Positions 41,207 through 55,050 are shown, counted from the first letter of the whole stretch. The stretch: 63,966 bases of DNA, filler included, from Circinaria calcarea (GCA_051942165.1; 3 parts of 3 records of this genome joined end to end with filler, not necessarily neighbours in it); one strand, 5' to 3'. Numbers and translations: made by a program. Notes: generated by a model not told the origin, from the letters alone.

Positions 41207-41408
41207 GAGCTCAAGTAAGTGGGAACGCTCGAGCAAAATGGGAACGCTCGAGCAAATGGAAGAGCTTAAGCAAATGGGAGAGCTTAAGCAAATGGGAGAG
41301 CTTAAGTAAATGGGAGAGCTCAAGTAAATGAGAACGCTTGAGCAAAAAGGAAAAATACCCAAGCTAAAGCGAGTGCTCGAGCAAAAGCAAACGCTCAAGC
41401 AAAAGTGG
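41207..41408 (+). repeat. imperfect 18-bp minisatellite, about 11 copies
   Basis: Units such as GAGCTTAAGCAAATGGGA (x2), GAGCTTAAGTAAATGGGA, GAGCTCAAGTAAATGAGA, ACGCTCGAGCAAATGGAA. Confidence 0.85.
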
Positions 41409-42431
41409 AGCATTGGAAGGTATATATTAAGGGACAAGATGCTGCAAAAAACGCTGGAAACGGTCAGAGCAATTCACATCACTTCAGTCTTCACCATCAC
41501 TCCGGATGGTGTTGCTGTCCTTGAGTGCTGAATATCAGACCTACCGCCAACATTATCATCATTAGTAGTGCTATAGAATCGACTTAAGCTGTTGTACAAA
41601 GTCAAAGTGTTCGGAGAAACTCGGATTAAGTTAGTACGGTAAGCCGAAAGCACTAGCGTAAGCACTAGTGGATTAGTCATTCGGATTGTCCTTTTGACCA
41701 GCCACCTTCACTTTCTCTTCTTTACTCTTCTCTCTCACCTCCATCCTCCCGCCACCTCTCCACCTCTTCTGCTGGAAACATACTCGACCAACGGAAAACA
41801 AGAGTCCAAAGTCGCCGGGCATCTTTTCTACCGTCGACAAACTTGTTCCACCGACTATCTGTGAGAGTTCGACGTCGCTCGGAGTCTCTTGGATGCCTTC
41901 ACTGGTTTCACGGTCGGAAAGCAGAATCTTTTACGTCCTCAACCGTTCCGTCAACTCGAAACCCAACTCGCCGACTCACCTCACCCCTTCAACTTACCAC
42001 ATATCCAGCAGGAAAGCTTCTTGATAGGTACATACAGATATACACTTTCTGGCTGTACTCTATCACGAGGCTGTGCGATGGCTGGTGTTGCAGATAGCTC
42101 GTAGATAAATCATATATACTTATTTTTTAAGGCGTTCACTCCTGCTTTCGATTCATGGCTGGGACTGCTGTTTTCATCAGACCTGGCTAACTCGACTGCT
42201 GTGGATAGTGATCGGTTCGAAGTCGAACGACTCCGTTCAAACGATCTCCACGTCCGCGCGATCGCACTAGATCGAAAGCAGCATTTCCTTGTTCAACACT
42301 CGGCAGTCGTCAAGCTGTATTCACCACTCTTTATTCGTTGTTGCGCGAACCAGTATAATCTTACTGTGACTGCCAAAGGTGTGAAGAGGCGGGCTCGACA
42401 ACGCTTCGAGGCTCACCTTAAGACTCGTAAA

Positions 42432-43582
42432 ATGGGTACAGCTTTGTCGCCTGGCGCAATGCCAGTCATGCCTAACGGCCCCAAGGCCGAAAAGCCTGAA
42501 GAGCCGTGGCGAGAGAATCTTAATATGCACGTCATCTGTCGTGAATGCAAGGAGGTTCCGCCAAACATCGTTGAAGAATTCTCTTCCGGTGATATGGTTT
42601 GCGGATCGTGTGGCCTCGTACTCGGGGATAGAATTGTCGATACTCGATCTGAATGGCGTACCTTCTCCAACGATGATGGAGCCAATGACGATCCTTCTCG
42701 TGTCGGTGACGTGAAGAACGAGCTTCTGAATGGCGATCAACTCACGACAACTATTGCCTTCGGGGACGGGCTCGGTAGGAGCCGTGATCTTCATCGGGCC
42801 CAGAACAAGTCTACACATGACAAGTCCAATAAGACGTTACTGGCAGCCTACAAGGAGATTGGTGCACTATGTGACGCCTGGAACATTCCAAAGAATGTCT
42901 CGGATACTGCTAAGCATCTCTTCAAGATGGTCAATGATGCTGGAGCTTTTCGAGGTAAATCTCAGGAGGCTATTATTGCTGGCTGCATCTTCATCGCCTG
43001 TCGACAGTGCAAGGTACCTCGAACCTTTCGTGAGATCTTCGCTTTGACCAAGGTATCGAAAAAGGAGATTGGTAGGATCTTCAAGGCTCTCGAGAAATTC
43101 TTTGCTGCTCAAAACAAGGAGAAGATGGAAAATCTGGAGAAGGACGGTAGTAAGTCTAGCTTTTTAGCTAGATTCTTTTATGTTGCTGCGCTGACAGTGT
43201 CTTTCAAGGGGTCGCTAATCCAAACGATTCCTATAATGCTACTACATCGACCAAGGCACAGGAACTCTGCATTCGCTACTGCAGTCAGCTCGGTCTATCA
43301 CCGAAATGTACCATGGTGTCGCAGCAACTTGCGGATAAGCTGACTAGTAACGGTTCGCTTGCTGGACGTTCTCCTCTTTCGGTAGCAGCAGCATGTATCT
43401 ACTTTGTATCGCATCTCTTGGGTCAAGGTAAATCGCCAAAGGACATCTCCGCTGTGGCCGGTGTCAGCGATGGCACTATCCGCACAGCATACAAACTACT
43501 GGAGGTGGAGAAAGAAAAGATTATCGATCCGGACTGGATCAAGGATGGCAAGGGCGACATCAAGCTGTTGCCAAAGGTCTAA
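42432..43582 (+). CDS. SUA7: general transcription factor TFIIB, 2 exons
   Basis: Zn ribbon CRECK...CGSCG, B-reader DTRSEWRTFSND, cyclin repeats IAGCIFIACRQ...RTFREI and GRSPLSVAAACIY...VAGVSDGTIRTAYK. Confidence 0.96.
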
Positions 43583-44226
43583 GTGGACTAGCAAGCATAT
43601 CGCCGAGGGCCTTTGGCCATGGTTTTGCTCTGATGGTTTTTATGCATGGTCCATTGGGATATGGCCGTTCATCCTACCTCGTACATACCCTGCCAAAAAT
43701 CCACAAATAGGCGTTGCGGGCATTTGTGTTTCGTATGGCGTTTTACGGGAGCAGCCCTTTGGCAGGCTTTGCAATGCAGGTGGTTAGCATATGCATGACG
43801 TTTAATACCCCCACAAAAAATTGAATTGAACGCAATGGAAAGCAATGGACTTTGGGACGTTGATCGGAGACGGGCATGGGGAGGGCCAGACACAGGCAGT
43901 GCCCCTTTTTCTAATGAATGCACAAAGGGGCATGTCTTTCATATCTGCCTGCATGCTAGCTAGGTATTCGTGCATGATTCATGCATGATGGAAAACTACA
44001 ATCACTAAAAAGAATTAGAAAAAGTTAGAAAACATGAAAAATATTGAACGCTTGTTCTGAACAATTTTTTTTTCCTGAAGTAGGATTACTAGTAGCTTCT
44101 ATGAATTGCGGTACGCGCGGAACACCCCATTGATCTTTTCACCGTACCTGATCTCTTTCCCCAATATCTTGCAAACCATGAATGAGGATGAATGACCAAG
44201 GGGAAAAAAAAGAATTAAAAGATGGG

Positions 44227-44276
44227 GGATAGGGATAGGGACAGGGATAGGGATAGGGATAGGGATAGATAGGGAT
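44227..44276 (+). repeat. (GGGATA)n hexamer microsatellite, about 8 imperfect copies
   Basis: GGGATAGGGATAGGGACAGGGATAGGGATAGGGATAGGGATAGATAGGGAT. Confidence 0.85.
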
Positions 44277-44600
44277 TGGAAGCGGGAAAACTCGGCCCCC
44301 CCAAAAAAAAGGCAACTTCATACCACCTCCGTTCTTTATTCTCCATCTATCCATCTCTTATCTCAATCCCTATCTCAAACCTCCCACACACAGATACAAG
44401 CAGTTCGTAGTTTCGTAGTTCGTAGTTTCCCAAATTCCGGGGAAAAAAAGGGTAACTAAGCTGCCGTGATAAGATCAGATCATTTAGCCGCCAGGCCCCA
44501 GGACCCAGGCCACAGGACCTAGGCCACAAGCCCCACTCGGGCTGGTTAGCTGCTGCGCTGGGCTGGGGATCTTGATTGGAAGTAGGAAAACAAAGGTAGA

Positions 44601-44660
44601 GGGAAGAGGGAAGAGGGAAGAGGGAAGAGGGAAGAGGGAAGAGGGAAGAGGGAAGAGGGA
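44601..44660 (+). repeat. (GGGAAGA)8 heptamer polypurine repeat
   Basis: Eight perfect copies read directly from the sequence. Confidence 0.92.
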
Positions 44661-44983
44661 GTAAATCTACGGGATACTTTTTCAGGGGGAGTGCGTGGCT
44701 AGGTTTCAACTTTACTGGAAAACAGGAGAAATGAAAGAGTATGCTCTTATCTATTTGAAACATCCTTCCATTCCGCATTTGGATTGGATGTGGATGTAAA
44801 GAAGGGGGGATATTCTGCGTAATCGAGTAGTGAGCCAGAAAGTAGATCTTTGTTCTTCTTCTTGACAAGGAACACTGCTAGCAGTCGTCATTGCACCAAG
44901 GCATTAAAGTTAGATACACCCCCTATTCCTCCTCCTCTTCCTCCTTCTCCTCCTCCAACAGCCTCTCCCGCTCCTCCCTCAAC

Positions 44984-45083
44984 NNNNNNNNNNNNNNNNN
45001 NNNNNNNNNNNNNNNNNNNNNNNNNNNTTAATTAATTAANNNNNNNNNNNNNNNNNNNNNNNNNNNNNNNNNNNNNNNNNNNN
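44984..45083. other. artificial scaffold spacer (N44-TTAATTAATTAA-N44)
   Basis: Same 100-nt structure as 22578-22677. Confidence 0.97.
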
Positions 45084-45573
45084 GGATGGAGGATGGGGGG
45101 AGATTTGTTGGGGGGGAAGGAGATCTTGGACATTGAATATCTGGAACATTGAATATGGGAATATGGGAAAAATCCGGGACGGAAAGCCCCTTGGGGGGAA
45201 GGAAGGAGAAGGAGAAGCGGAGGAGAAAGCGGTTTTTCATATTCATTCCCTTTACGAGTTATCTTTTACAAGTGTCTCTACAAAGTATCCAAAGAAAAGC
45301 CCGGTTTCGACAAGAGGAAGAGGAGAAGGAGAAAGGATTATTCAGAAGCAATACAAAATAACTGGAAAAAAAAAAAATTAAAAAAATTAGGGGAAGCGTT
45401 TTCACCAAACGACTTTGTAATTTTCTCTAGGTCTTGGGACTTGTGATGCCCTCAAAGCTAGGTATGATCCCCTGGGTATTTTCAAACTGTAAAAACTTGT
45501 TCGACTTTTGGGGTCGCCTCCCCCTTCAAGGACTTGCCGTGGGCATAATAGTTTCCTTTTCCTATACAAAAAC

Positions 45574-47886
45574 TCACTCCTCACCCTCACTCTCACTTCC
45601 GAAAATCGCCCGAAAGACGGCTTCCCCCGGCTTCTCCGCTTCAAGTGCCTCATTCCTCTCCGGATCCACCACGGTCTTCCCTTCCCCTGCCACTGCCACT
45701 GCCCCTGTCCCCGTGCCTTCACCCTCAGTTCTGACATCCAACCCGCTCTCACGCCTCAACTCCTCCATCTCCTTCTTGCCCACCAACTCCAGGTTCTTAC
45801 CCGTTGGGGCCTGGTAGCCGCTAGACTGGAAGCGGCTTCCAAAAACCGCGGTAGAAGAGGAAGACTGAGCGGATGAGGAGGAAGTAGGGTCGACCTGGAC
45901 GTGAGCCGTTGGTTGGATGTTGAAGCGTTTGCAGAGAAGACGGGAGGGGTAAAAGGGAACGGTAGAGCGGGTGAGTGGACCGTACATGCCTAGACGTGCG
46001 GCTTCTTCTGCAGGGTCGGTGGGTTTTTGGTGGTTGGGATGGGAGATGAGGGGTTGGGATTCAGCTTCTGAGACTTGGGAGGCGAAGGAAAGGGTGGTAG
46101 AGGAACTAGAGGTTGGAACTGGGGTATGCGAGGTGCTAGAGGTGAAACGGCTGGCCATCATTCCGGTCATGGGTTTAAAGATTTGTGCCGCGTGTGCGAA
46201 TTCTTGCATTTCTTTTATCCAGTCTTCCGTTTTCATCCCCTCTGCCTTTTCGGGCAGGCCTTCTGTTATCTCAGCCGAAACGGAAAGAAAAGAGCGATAC
46301 CGAGAGCGCTTAGCCGGGTCTTCCGCATAAGGCATCCAGCCGCCGATTCCTCGACCCAAAGCTGTAGCCGCGACGGTGGCATCGAGTGAGGGAATCAAGG
46401 AGGCGAGGTCTGCGTTGCGTTGGCTGGGAATCGAAGTGTGACTTGGGGGTGGGGCTTCATTGAGAGCGGCAGGGAGGTTGGGATTGTTTGTTGCATTGGC
46501 AATGCGGGAGCGAGCAGAGGCGGAGAGGTAGTCGAAGACGGATTTACCTGGAAGAGGGGCTTCGCCAAGGAGGTTTGCTCGGGTCGTGGCATTCAAGGTC
46601 GAAGATCGAGCGGCATCGGCGGAAGATTGGTAGGAGGACGATGGCTTGATACTAATGGGGTTCTTGGAGGATTTCCAATCTTTGGGAATGGTGGATGGTG
46701 GGTATTTGGTTTCTTGTGGTAAACTCGTTTCGGAGTTGGCGGAGAGAACAAAACCATCGAGAGGTAAGCGGCCGTCATGACACCGGCGAAACCCAGAACT
46801 GCTTTTTGATGTCACAGCCTTTTTAGATATGAAAATGGGCTTTGTGCGAAGAAGCGGATTTGCTGATGCTACCGATGGCTTTCCGTTGTTGAGTATCTTC
46901 TTCTTCGCCTTTTTGTCCCCACTGATCACACGGTTATATGAGATTCGTGGACCCATATGATATGGATCTTCATCATCAGAACCCGTATCGTTGAGTATCC
47001 CAACACCAAAACCACCTCGTTGGGCTGCAGATTTCTTCTTCCCCTTTATTTCTGGCCTTGAGAAATCATTAACGCCCACTTCAACATGGTCATCCCGAAC
47101 TGCATCCAGAAGTTCCTCCGTATGATCCTTGGGAATGGTTTCCCCTAATCGGTCTTGTCCTACATAGCCCAAACCCTTGTGATCACTCTTTCGTACAAAA
47201 GATATCATTGCGGAGTTCTCAGGCGCAAAAAGATGCGTATCCTGCCCTTCTGCGTCCCCTTGACTGCCATCTTCGTCCAAGCGTGCGTTCCTTCGAATTC
47301 TAGGGCCCACTCCCTGGCCTTCCCGCCAACCCATCCGCCGTAGTAGCTTCACCCCCATGGTCTCTCCAGAAGTCTTTAAAATATCCATGAAAGCCCCTCG
47401 CAGTGTGACTTCATCTTGCGTCGATCCCAGTCCTGCAAAAGATTCCGAAGTCTGTAATTTCTGGGCCTCTTCCGCATCTGCAATGTCCTCCTCGTCCATA
47501 AAATCCTCTGGCCTCTGCAGTGCCGTCGCTGCATCTTTTTTCCGATTGGACTTTGAAGAGACGAAGGCTGACGGGGTCCAGCCTTCCTTGGATCCCACCG
47601 TGTTGAAGTAGCTACAAGGCGGAATCAGTTCTAACGTTGGCGAAGAGTTAAATTTCCGGTAATTGACTCCTGTAACCTACCCAGCGCTGAAACCGCCAGT
47701 GAAAGCCCCATGGAGGCGCTTCCTTCCCCGTTCATCCGTGACTTCCTGCTTCCAGACAGGTACGTAGGAGCCATCGTCACGGACGCCCGGGTCCAAGGGT
47801 GGCAGAGGAGTTCCATATAGAACATAAGGCGACTGTTGCGCTTGTAGATCTGCTTCGAATGTTGCACGCGGTCGTTTGTATGCCAT
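45574..47886 (-). CDS. G-patch domain protein, GPATCH1/Gpl1-like (DUF1604 + G-patch), 2 exons
   Basis: [56 protein letters not shown]-patch [18 protein letters not shown]...[31 protein letters not shown]. Confidence 0.9.
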
Positions 47887-48866
47887 AATGACCTACATGG
47901 GGCATGGTTGGTCGGTTTGCCGGCGTTGGAAAAGCCAGAGGTCGATGTCAGGCTACGGAGCACAGTATGCCTCGGTTATTTGGCTTAGCCCTGCTGACCT
48001 GGAAGCTACTGCTACGGTGGGCCTCTTCCGAAGCGAGGCACCCTACGGTTGGCCAGTTTTGCCGTCGGGCTTCGGCTTCCCCGTTATGCAGAGACAAAGA
48101 CAAGCTTCAAGGGGTTTCGGGTAACCTTTGATTATGAAGAGATGAGATGATTCAAAGTCATCCCTAGTAAAAGCTTCTCCTGTTGGCCCGTCCGTCATCA
48201 TTTGACGCGTCAACACGAGGGCAAGAACCTCGCAGTCAAAGTTGATCACTGCATGGGTGTAGTTTCACGTATCATCAGGGAGGGTGTTTCGGAGCTTTTG
48301 GAGTTGAACGACTCAGAGCATGGACTGGTGTGAAGTAGATAGAAGGCATTGAGGCAAAATCGTAGCCTTTACAACCAAGATGACGGGAGGAATCACGAGC
48401 GGACTCTATGCAGGCAGCCGCGAATTGAACCAATGTCGTCTACCATGTAGACGTGCTTGCAGGCGTGAAATTATGTTGTTTGTCAGTGGAAGGTCATCCT
48501 TGATAATCTTCGCTTAGGACTAAGACACCATATCGGCCTCTCAGGAACGTGAACCTTTATGGTTCATCCGTTGGACTAATCATTTGATATGACTACCTAC
48601 GGATTACGCTTCCTATCCGACCTTATACCATTTCCCATCCTCGGCGGCTTTTCGTCCATCTCTATTTGATAGAATAACTACTACTTACTATACAAGAAAT
48701 AGGGAGCCGATAGCCCGAGGCAGTGGATCCAAGGTACATTCAGCCACCGACCCGCCAACCACCGTTTGCCCATCATTGCCTGCATTGTCAACCTTCAGAC
48801 TGTACCCACCAATTCTACCAAGAGTTCCTTTGCGTGCAATCCTAAGGCCCGGTAAAAACTACAGAC

Positions 48867-51800
48867 ATGTCAGCTACGACGGCGACCGCACCCGCCGTGG
48901 TGCGCAGCTCTTCCCGCCGCCAGCAATCTTACTCTTCACCTACCAATGAGCGGCATCAGCAAACCCCATCCAGTACAACCAGGTCCCCTACAACCCCGGA
49001 GGATTTGCATAGCTCCGAATCGCACTCACACTCACATTCGCATGCCCGACGCCAGTCATCATCGCAACAGACTCCCCTTGCTGGAGTCGCTCGGAGAGAC
49101 TATGAGACTTCCAATCTAGCTCGCCCACCGTCCTCACGCCGCAGCTCGGAGAGAGATAGATCCCACCCTGCGCACCCTCCTAACCCCAGGACGGAGTCCA
49201 CTCGAAGTACACATAGAAGTTCCTCGAGACCTGGGCACTCGCGTTACAGCTCAGACATGTCTAACGCGACAACGTTGGCTCCAACTGCAGGCCCCACACC
49301 TCTACCGCCTTCAGGTACAGGGAGAACACAGGGTGACTCTGCTGGACATGGATCAGCAGGACCGGTCAAAAGACGGACGACAATCGAAACTCAGACGGGT
49401 CATTGGTCTCTAGGCAAAACGATAGGCGCAGGAAGCATGGGCAAAGTTAAACTAGCAAAAAACTTGGAAACCGGAGAACAGGCATGTGTACTCGATTTCA
49501 CAATGGAAGATTTCAGTATAAATTAATAGGTGCCCCAAAATAGGTTGCAGTCAAGATTGTTCCCCGACAGTCTACAGATGAGCATCAAAACGCACGAGAT
49601 CGCGAACGTGCTGATCATTCGAAAGAGATCAGAACAGCGCGAGAGGCAGCCATCGTGACATTATTGAATCATCCGTACATATGCGGGATGAGGGACGTCG
49701 TACGGACAAATTATCATTGGTACATGCTCTTTGAATATGTGAACGGTGGACAGATGCTGGACTATATCATATCTCATGGTAGACTAAAGGAAAAGCAAGC
49801 ACGCAAATTCGGTCGGCAAATTGCCAGCGCCTTGGATTACTGCCATAGGAATTCGATTGTACACCGGGATCTCAAGATTGAAAACATTCTTATCAGTAAG
49901 ACGGGGGACATCAAAATTATTGACTTTGGCCTCAGTAACTTGTTCTCGCCCAGAAGTCATCTCAAGACGTTCTGTGGTAGTCTATACTTTGCAGCCCCGG
50001 AACTACTTAAGGCTAGGCAATACACAGGGCCTGAAGTGGACATTTGGAGTTTTGGGATCGTTCTATATGTACTGGTCTGTGGAAAAGTGCCATTCGATGA
50101 CCAGAGTATGCCTCAGCTGCATGCGAAGATCAAAAATGGGGTAGTGGATTACCCTGTGTGGCTCTCTGCAGGTATGTTTGTGATCTATTACAAGTAAAGC
50201 TCGGATGCTGAAATTGCACAGAATGTAAGAATCTAATTTCAAGGATGCTCGTGACGGACCCCAAACAGCGAGCAACTCTGAGTGAGATTATGAACCACTC
50301 ATGGATCACTAAAGGATTCAGTACTCCACCAGAAAATTACCTGCCAATTCGAGAACCTCTGCAGCTTCCGCTGGACGATGCAATCATAGAGAAAATGACT
50401 GGATTTGACTTTGGATCCTCCGGCTACATCACCAGGGAACTGACTAGAGTAGTCGAATCTGAAGATTACCAGGCTGCCGTGCGTTCGTATGCTCGAGAAT
50501 CTTCGGTCAACCCTCCAGGTGGTGAGAAGAAACGAGGGGTTTTCGACTTTTACAAGCGCCGTAACTCCACGACCAGCAGGGATACCCTCCCTAACATGTC
50601 GGCAGAAGCCATACAGGCTGGTTCGGATCCTGTCAATGCTTTCAGTCCACTTTTATCCATATATTTTCTCGTACGAGAAAAACAAGAACGAGAGCGGTTG
50701 GAAGCAAATCCTGGAGCTTTGAGTATGCCTATATCGCCCGGCGAGAAGCCTATTCAGATGCCCGATCTACCTGCTCCTGAGGCAGCTTATACTAATAGCG
50801 CTACATACGAAATGCCTGGTGAGAAGACAACCGGTGGTCGATCCCGGCCACGAGCGAGGACACATGGTGAGGATGAGGTCACGCAGAGTATGAACAAAGT
50901 CAATCTTAGTGTTCCTGCCTCACCCGCTATTGTCACCACGCCACCCCCTCCTCAACAATCATTCGTGAGAAAAGAAAGCACCGCTGCAGGACTATTGCGG
51001 CGTTTTAGCACAAGGCGGGCGAAAGAATCACCCCGAGAAAGATTAGAGACTCAACAGGCGCCGCCTTCGTTGCAACTACAGCCACCCTCTGATGCAGCGG
51101 CATCGCCTCGAAAAAGCTTCAGTGTACGGCGAACGCGCAACAGAGACTCGACATTGTCGCCGATGATTCATTCTGCAGGTAGTCAGCCAAACCAACCCGA
51201 GTTACTGACACCACCAACATCTGGCGGCACAGTCTCAAGAACGGGCAACAAAGTTCTCGGTCGGTCGACAAGCGTCAATTCTGCTGATTACCGTCCGAGA
51301 CAATCGCGTAGAGGAGTATCGGAAGGTCTCCCACCCTCGCCAACAGGGGAACCGCCTTTGACGAGTGGATCTGATTGGTCTAGTGTAAGTGGACAAAAAT
51401 TGAAAATTAGTGAACCAGCACCGGAGGATCAGACAGCGAGTGTCAAAACTCGAGCAGCGACTTCGCGAACAAAGTCGCTTGGCCATGCACGGCGGGAGAG
51501 CATTCAAGCTCGTCGTGCACGGAGGGATGAGACGCGACATACCAATGTTCCTGAAGAGACAGATCAGGAGCTGACCGCAGCAGAGGAGCCCATCGATAGG
51601 GCTGAAGGTGCTGATCAGTTGAAACCTGTCTATCTAAAGGGGCTTTTCAGCGTTTCAACAACCAGCAACAAACCTCTACCGTATATTCGCGCTGATATAA
51701 TCCGAGTGCTCAAGCAACTTGGAGTGGAGTACTCTGAAATCAGGGGTGGTTTCAATTGCCGTCATGCGCCAAGCATCGATTTGAACCGGGTGACTGAGAA

Positions 51801-52215
51801 CAGTCCATCTAGCCCTGAACGGCAGGGATTTGCGAGTACTGGCCACCGACGGCGCATCAGCTTCGGTGGTATCATCGGAAGCGACCGTGACCGAGAGGAA
51901 CCTCGCGATCTAGAAGGGACACCCAAGGCTACTCGACCTACCTCGTACATTCGTCGACGCGCCCCGGATGTAAGCTTCACCAACTCCGAAGATTCAGAGG
52001 AAGATACCCGTCGCCGTGTTGTCAACAGAGCTGCGGGGGAGACATCGACTCATGTGGAGAATGATTTGGGCGACAGTCTGGTGTTGAAGTTCGAGATCTT
52101 CATCGTCAAAGTGCCGTTGTTCTCGTTGCATGGGATACAATTCAAGAAGGTAGCCGGTGGTACCTGGCAATACAAAAACATGGCCCAGAAGATATTGGAT
52201 GCTCTTCGGTTGTGA
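48867..52215 (+). CDS. KIN1: MARK/Par-1 family Ser/Thr kinase Kin1 with C-terminal KA1 domain, 3 exons
   Basis: [79 protein letters not shown] and [23 protein letters not shown] (KA1). Confidence 0.95.
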
Positions 52216-52857
52216 GATTTAACATGGTGGATGTCAAGTTGGTCAGTGGTCGGGTTCCGGTGGTATAGGGCTTCGATTCTAGTCAGAAACGGGCGAGTAT
52301 CAGCATCCTCTGGGGTCACGAATCTCCTTTGTTTGTGGGATAGGTGGTAGTGTGTTCCGGTACAAGGTACATTAGTAGTGTTAAGTGTAAGTTACAGGAT
52401 ATTGTGAAGGCAGCTTCTGCCGAGGTTCTTAGTGTAAAACAGACCGATCATCTGATTTTATTTACACCCCTGACGAATAAGGTTTCTAAGAAAGTAACCT
52501 GACTAACTCTGTAGGGTCATGTGAGGGACATTGAATAACATTGGAACTCCTATGCTTCACCCATTGTCTCAACGGCCACTACGGTACCTTTTGTTAGGGA
52601 CCGTCAGAAACACGAAGCATAGGGGCTACGAACATCCTAAATTTAAGGTTGAATCGCAATCTCAAGGCTAAAAAGGTCCGTGCCGCCCATGCTACCTAAT
52701 AGGTAGACATGCTCCCCACCTAAAGTTAGCTGGAAAGCCTCGACAACATACCTACTCGAGGGGGTTCATCCGATGAAGCGTGTTAGTCGCCCACGTCTAG
52801 CTTAATCACTATTCCTCACTACCATCATCCATCTCGTGGAATCTGCACAGTGCAAGG

Positions 52858-54161
52858 ATGCTCCCTTCGCAGCACGTCTTTTCACATCAACATCAATACC
52901 AAGCCGAGCCGTCGTGGCTCCATCAACAACAGCAACAGCAAACCCACCACCAACAGCAGCAGCACCCGAATCACATCAGTCATCAACATGCACAGGCCCA
53001 AGCCGCGGCTGCCGTTGCTGCCGTTGCACAGCAGAACCACTACAACAGGATAGCGGCTAACAGCAACAATCACAGTGCGCATGGACATGGCGGACATGCG
53101 ATGAGCCAGGAGAACACGTTAACAAACGGGCTGGATGGGAATTGGAGCGATGAGAACCGGCGGGTTTTGGGCTGGGTGGCTGAGCTGCTGAACGGCAACT
53201 CGAGGGAGACTGCACTCATGGAACTCAGTAAGAAACGAGAACAGGTACCGGAGTTGGCGCTGATAATATGGCATTCTTTTGGTAAGTAAGGTTGGCTTAT
53301 CCCAGGAACAATAGCTTACTGCAGTTTCAGGTGTCATGACCTGCCTACTTCAAGAGATCATTTCCGTTTACCCGCTACTGAATCCATCTCAACTCACGGC
53401 AGCAGCCTCTAACCGCGTCTGCAACGCTCTTGCACTGTTACAGTGTGTGGCTTCGCACAATGAAACACGAAGCCTCTTTTTAAGCGGTTCGTGGTTGCAG
53501 GTCCAGTGCTCGTGCTCAAGATTAGTTCTGACATGTGATCTAGCTCATATTCCGCTCTTCCTCTATCCTTTCCTCAATACAACCTCAAAATCGCGGCCTT
53601 TTGAGTATCTACGCCTGACTTCTCTTGGGGTGATTGGAGCGTTGGTCAAGAACGATTCTTCAGAAGTTATCAATTTCCTGCTAACGACCGAGATTATCCC
53701 TCTATGCTTGCGAATAATGGAGACGGGCTCTGAATTGAGTAAGACGGTGGCTATATTCATCGTTCAGAAAATCTTACTTGACGATTTGGGATTGGGCTAC
53801 ATTTGTCATACATACGAGAGGTTCTATGCCGTGGGGACAGTCCTAAGCAACATGGTCACTCAGCTAGTGGAACAGCAGACTGTCCGACTCTTGAAGCATG
53901 TTGTGCGGTGTTTCCTTCGGTAAGTCGCATACCCTTGCATTCGATCCTACTATCCAACGTTCGACATTGACAATGGCAATTAGGTTGAGCGATAATGCCC
54001 GTGCCCGGGAGGCCCTCCGTCAATGTCTTCCGGAACCCCTACGTGATGCTACCTTCTCCTCGGTCCTGCGAGATGACGCAGCGACGAAACGATGCCTCGC
54101 TCAGCTCCTGATCAACCTATCCGATAACGTCGTCGATGCGTCGAACAACCAAGGGATGTAG
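52858..54161 (+). CDS. RCD1: CCR4-NOT subunit Rcd1/Caf40/CNOT9, 4 exons
   Basis: [82 protein letters not shown]. Confidence 0.96.
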
Positions 54162-55050
54162 AAAGTCGAAAGGCCGAACCGAACATACACAGCTCTATTT
54201 GCAATTTACTTGAGATTTACTATTCATGAAATGTAAAATATGCATGGCATCAGCGGGTGTGGGTTCCTTGCAGAGATACCAATTCCCCTTATCGCGTCAT
54301 TTATCAAGACTTTCTGGGTTCGGGGGGGATAAAAGCATTTGAAGGTGGTGCAGCTTGGATGGTATCGATTAAGCCGATCTGCGCGACGGCTCTTCTAACC
54401 TATGGATGGGCTTCGCCTGCCGGTGGGGTACATAACTGTTCAACTTGCCGGATAACGTTGGTGATATCGGGGTGTTATTCTTACGTGCTGTCTTAAAGAC
54501 TGGCCCAATCAGTTGAAGTATTGGAATTTATCACCCGTGAGGTGAAAGGGACATGCTAGCGGTGTCTGCTCAAGTCCACAGATTGATAGTTCTTGGCTTC
54601 TTCCATACCTAGCAATCCCGTGATATGCAGGAACTTTAGAATAGGATTAAATGATGATCATTTCATTAGCTTCAACTCCTAATTTCTATAGACGTGTGCA
54701 AAGCAGTCAGCTCGTCAAGTGTAGAGTTTTGAAGTGATAGTAAGCTCCACTTGTGAACGCTTCGTAGATAAAAGCGGTCTCCTTAACCCCTGTCTTTCCT
54801 TGTAAGGCTCCGGACTAGCGCGATACACTAGTTTCGACACGCGGAACTTCGATAATAATCATCATATTTGGTGACTGCAACACGCTCCTGCCCAAATCCG
54901 GCTTTTGTTCTCTAAGCTCTATCGTGACCACCACCGACCCTCGACAACTTGAACAATCCTTTCACCACAGATCTGCAACCTGCCACACCTCATTTCCAGT
55001 CGAATCTTGAAGGCACAACAATCTACGGGCGCTCCTTCGAGTGACCGGCG

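Noticed and set aside
41207..41408. Repeat array considered as CRISPR-like
   Set aside because: Units are directly adjacent with no unique spacers, the context is eukaryotic and there are no cas genes
42201..42431. N-terminal extension of TFIIB in the ORF track
   Set aside because: Starts at GTG; the first ATG is at 42432 and the extension is not protein-like
44227..44276. Interstitial telomere
   Set aside because: Unit is GGGATA, not GGGTTA; short and among other simple repeats
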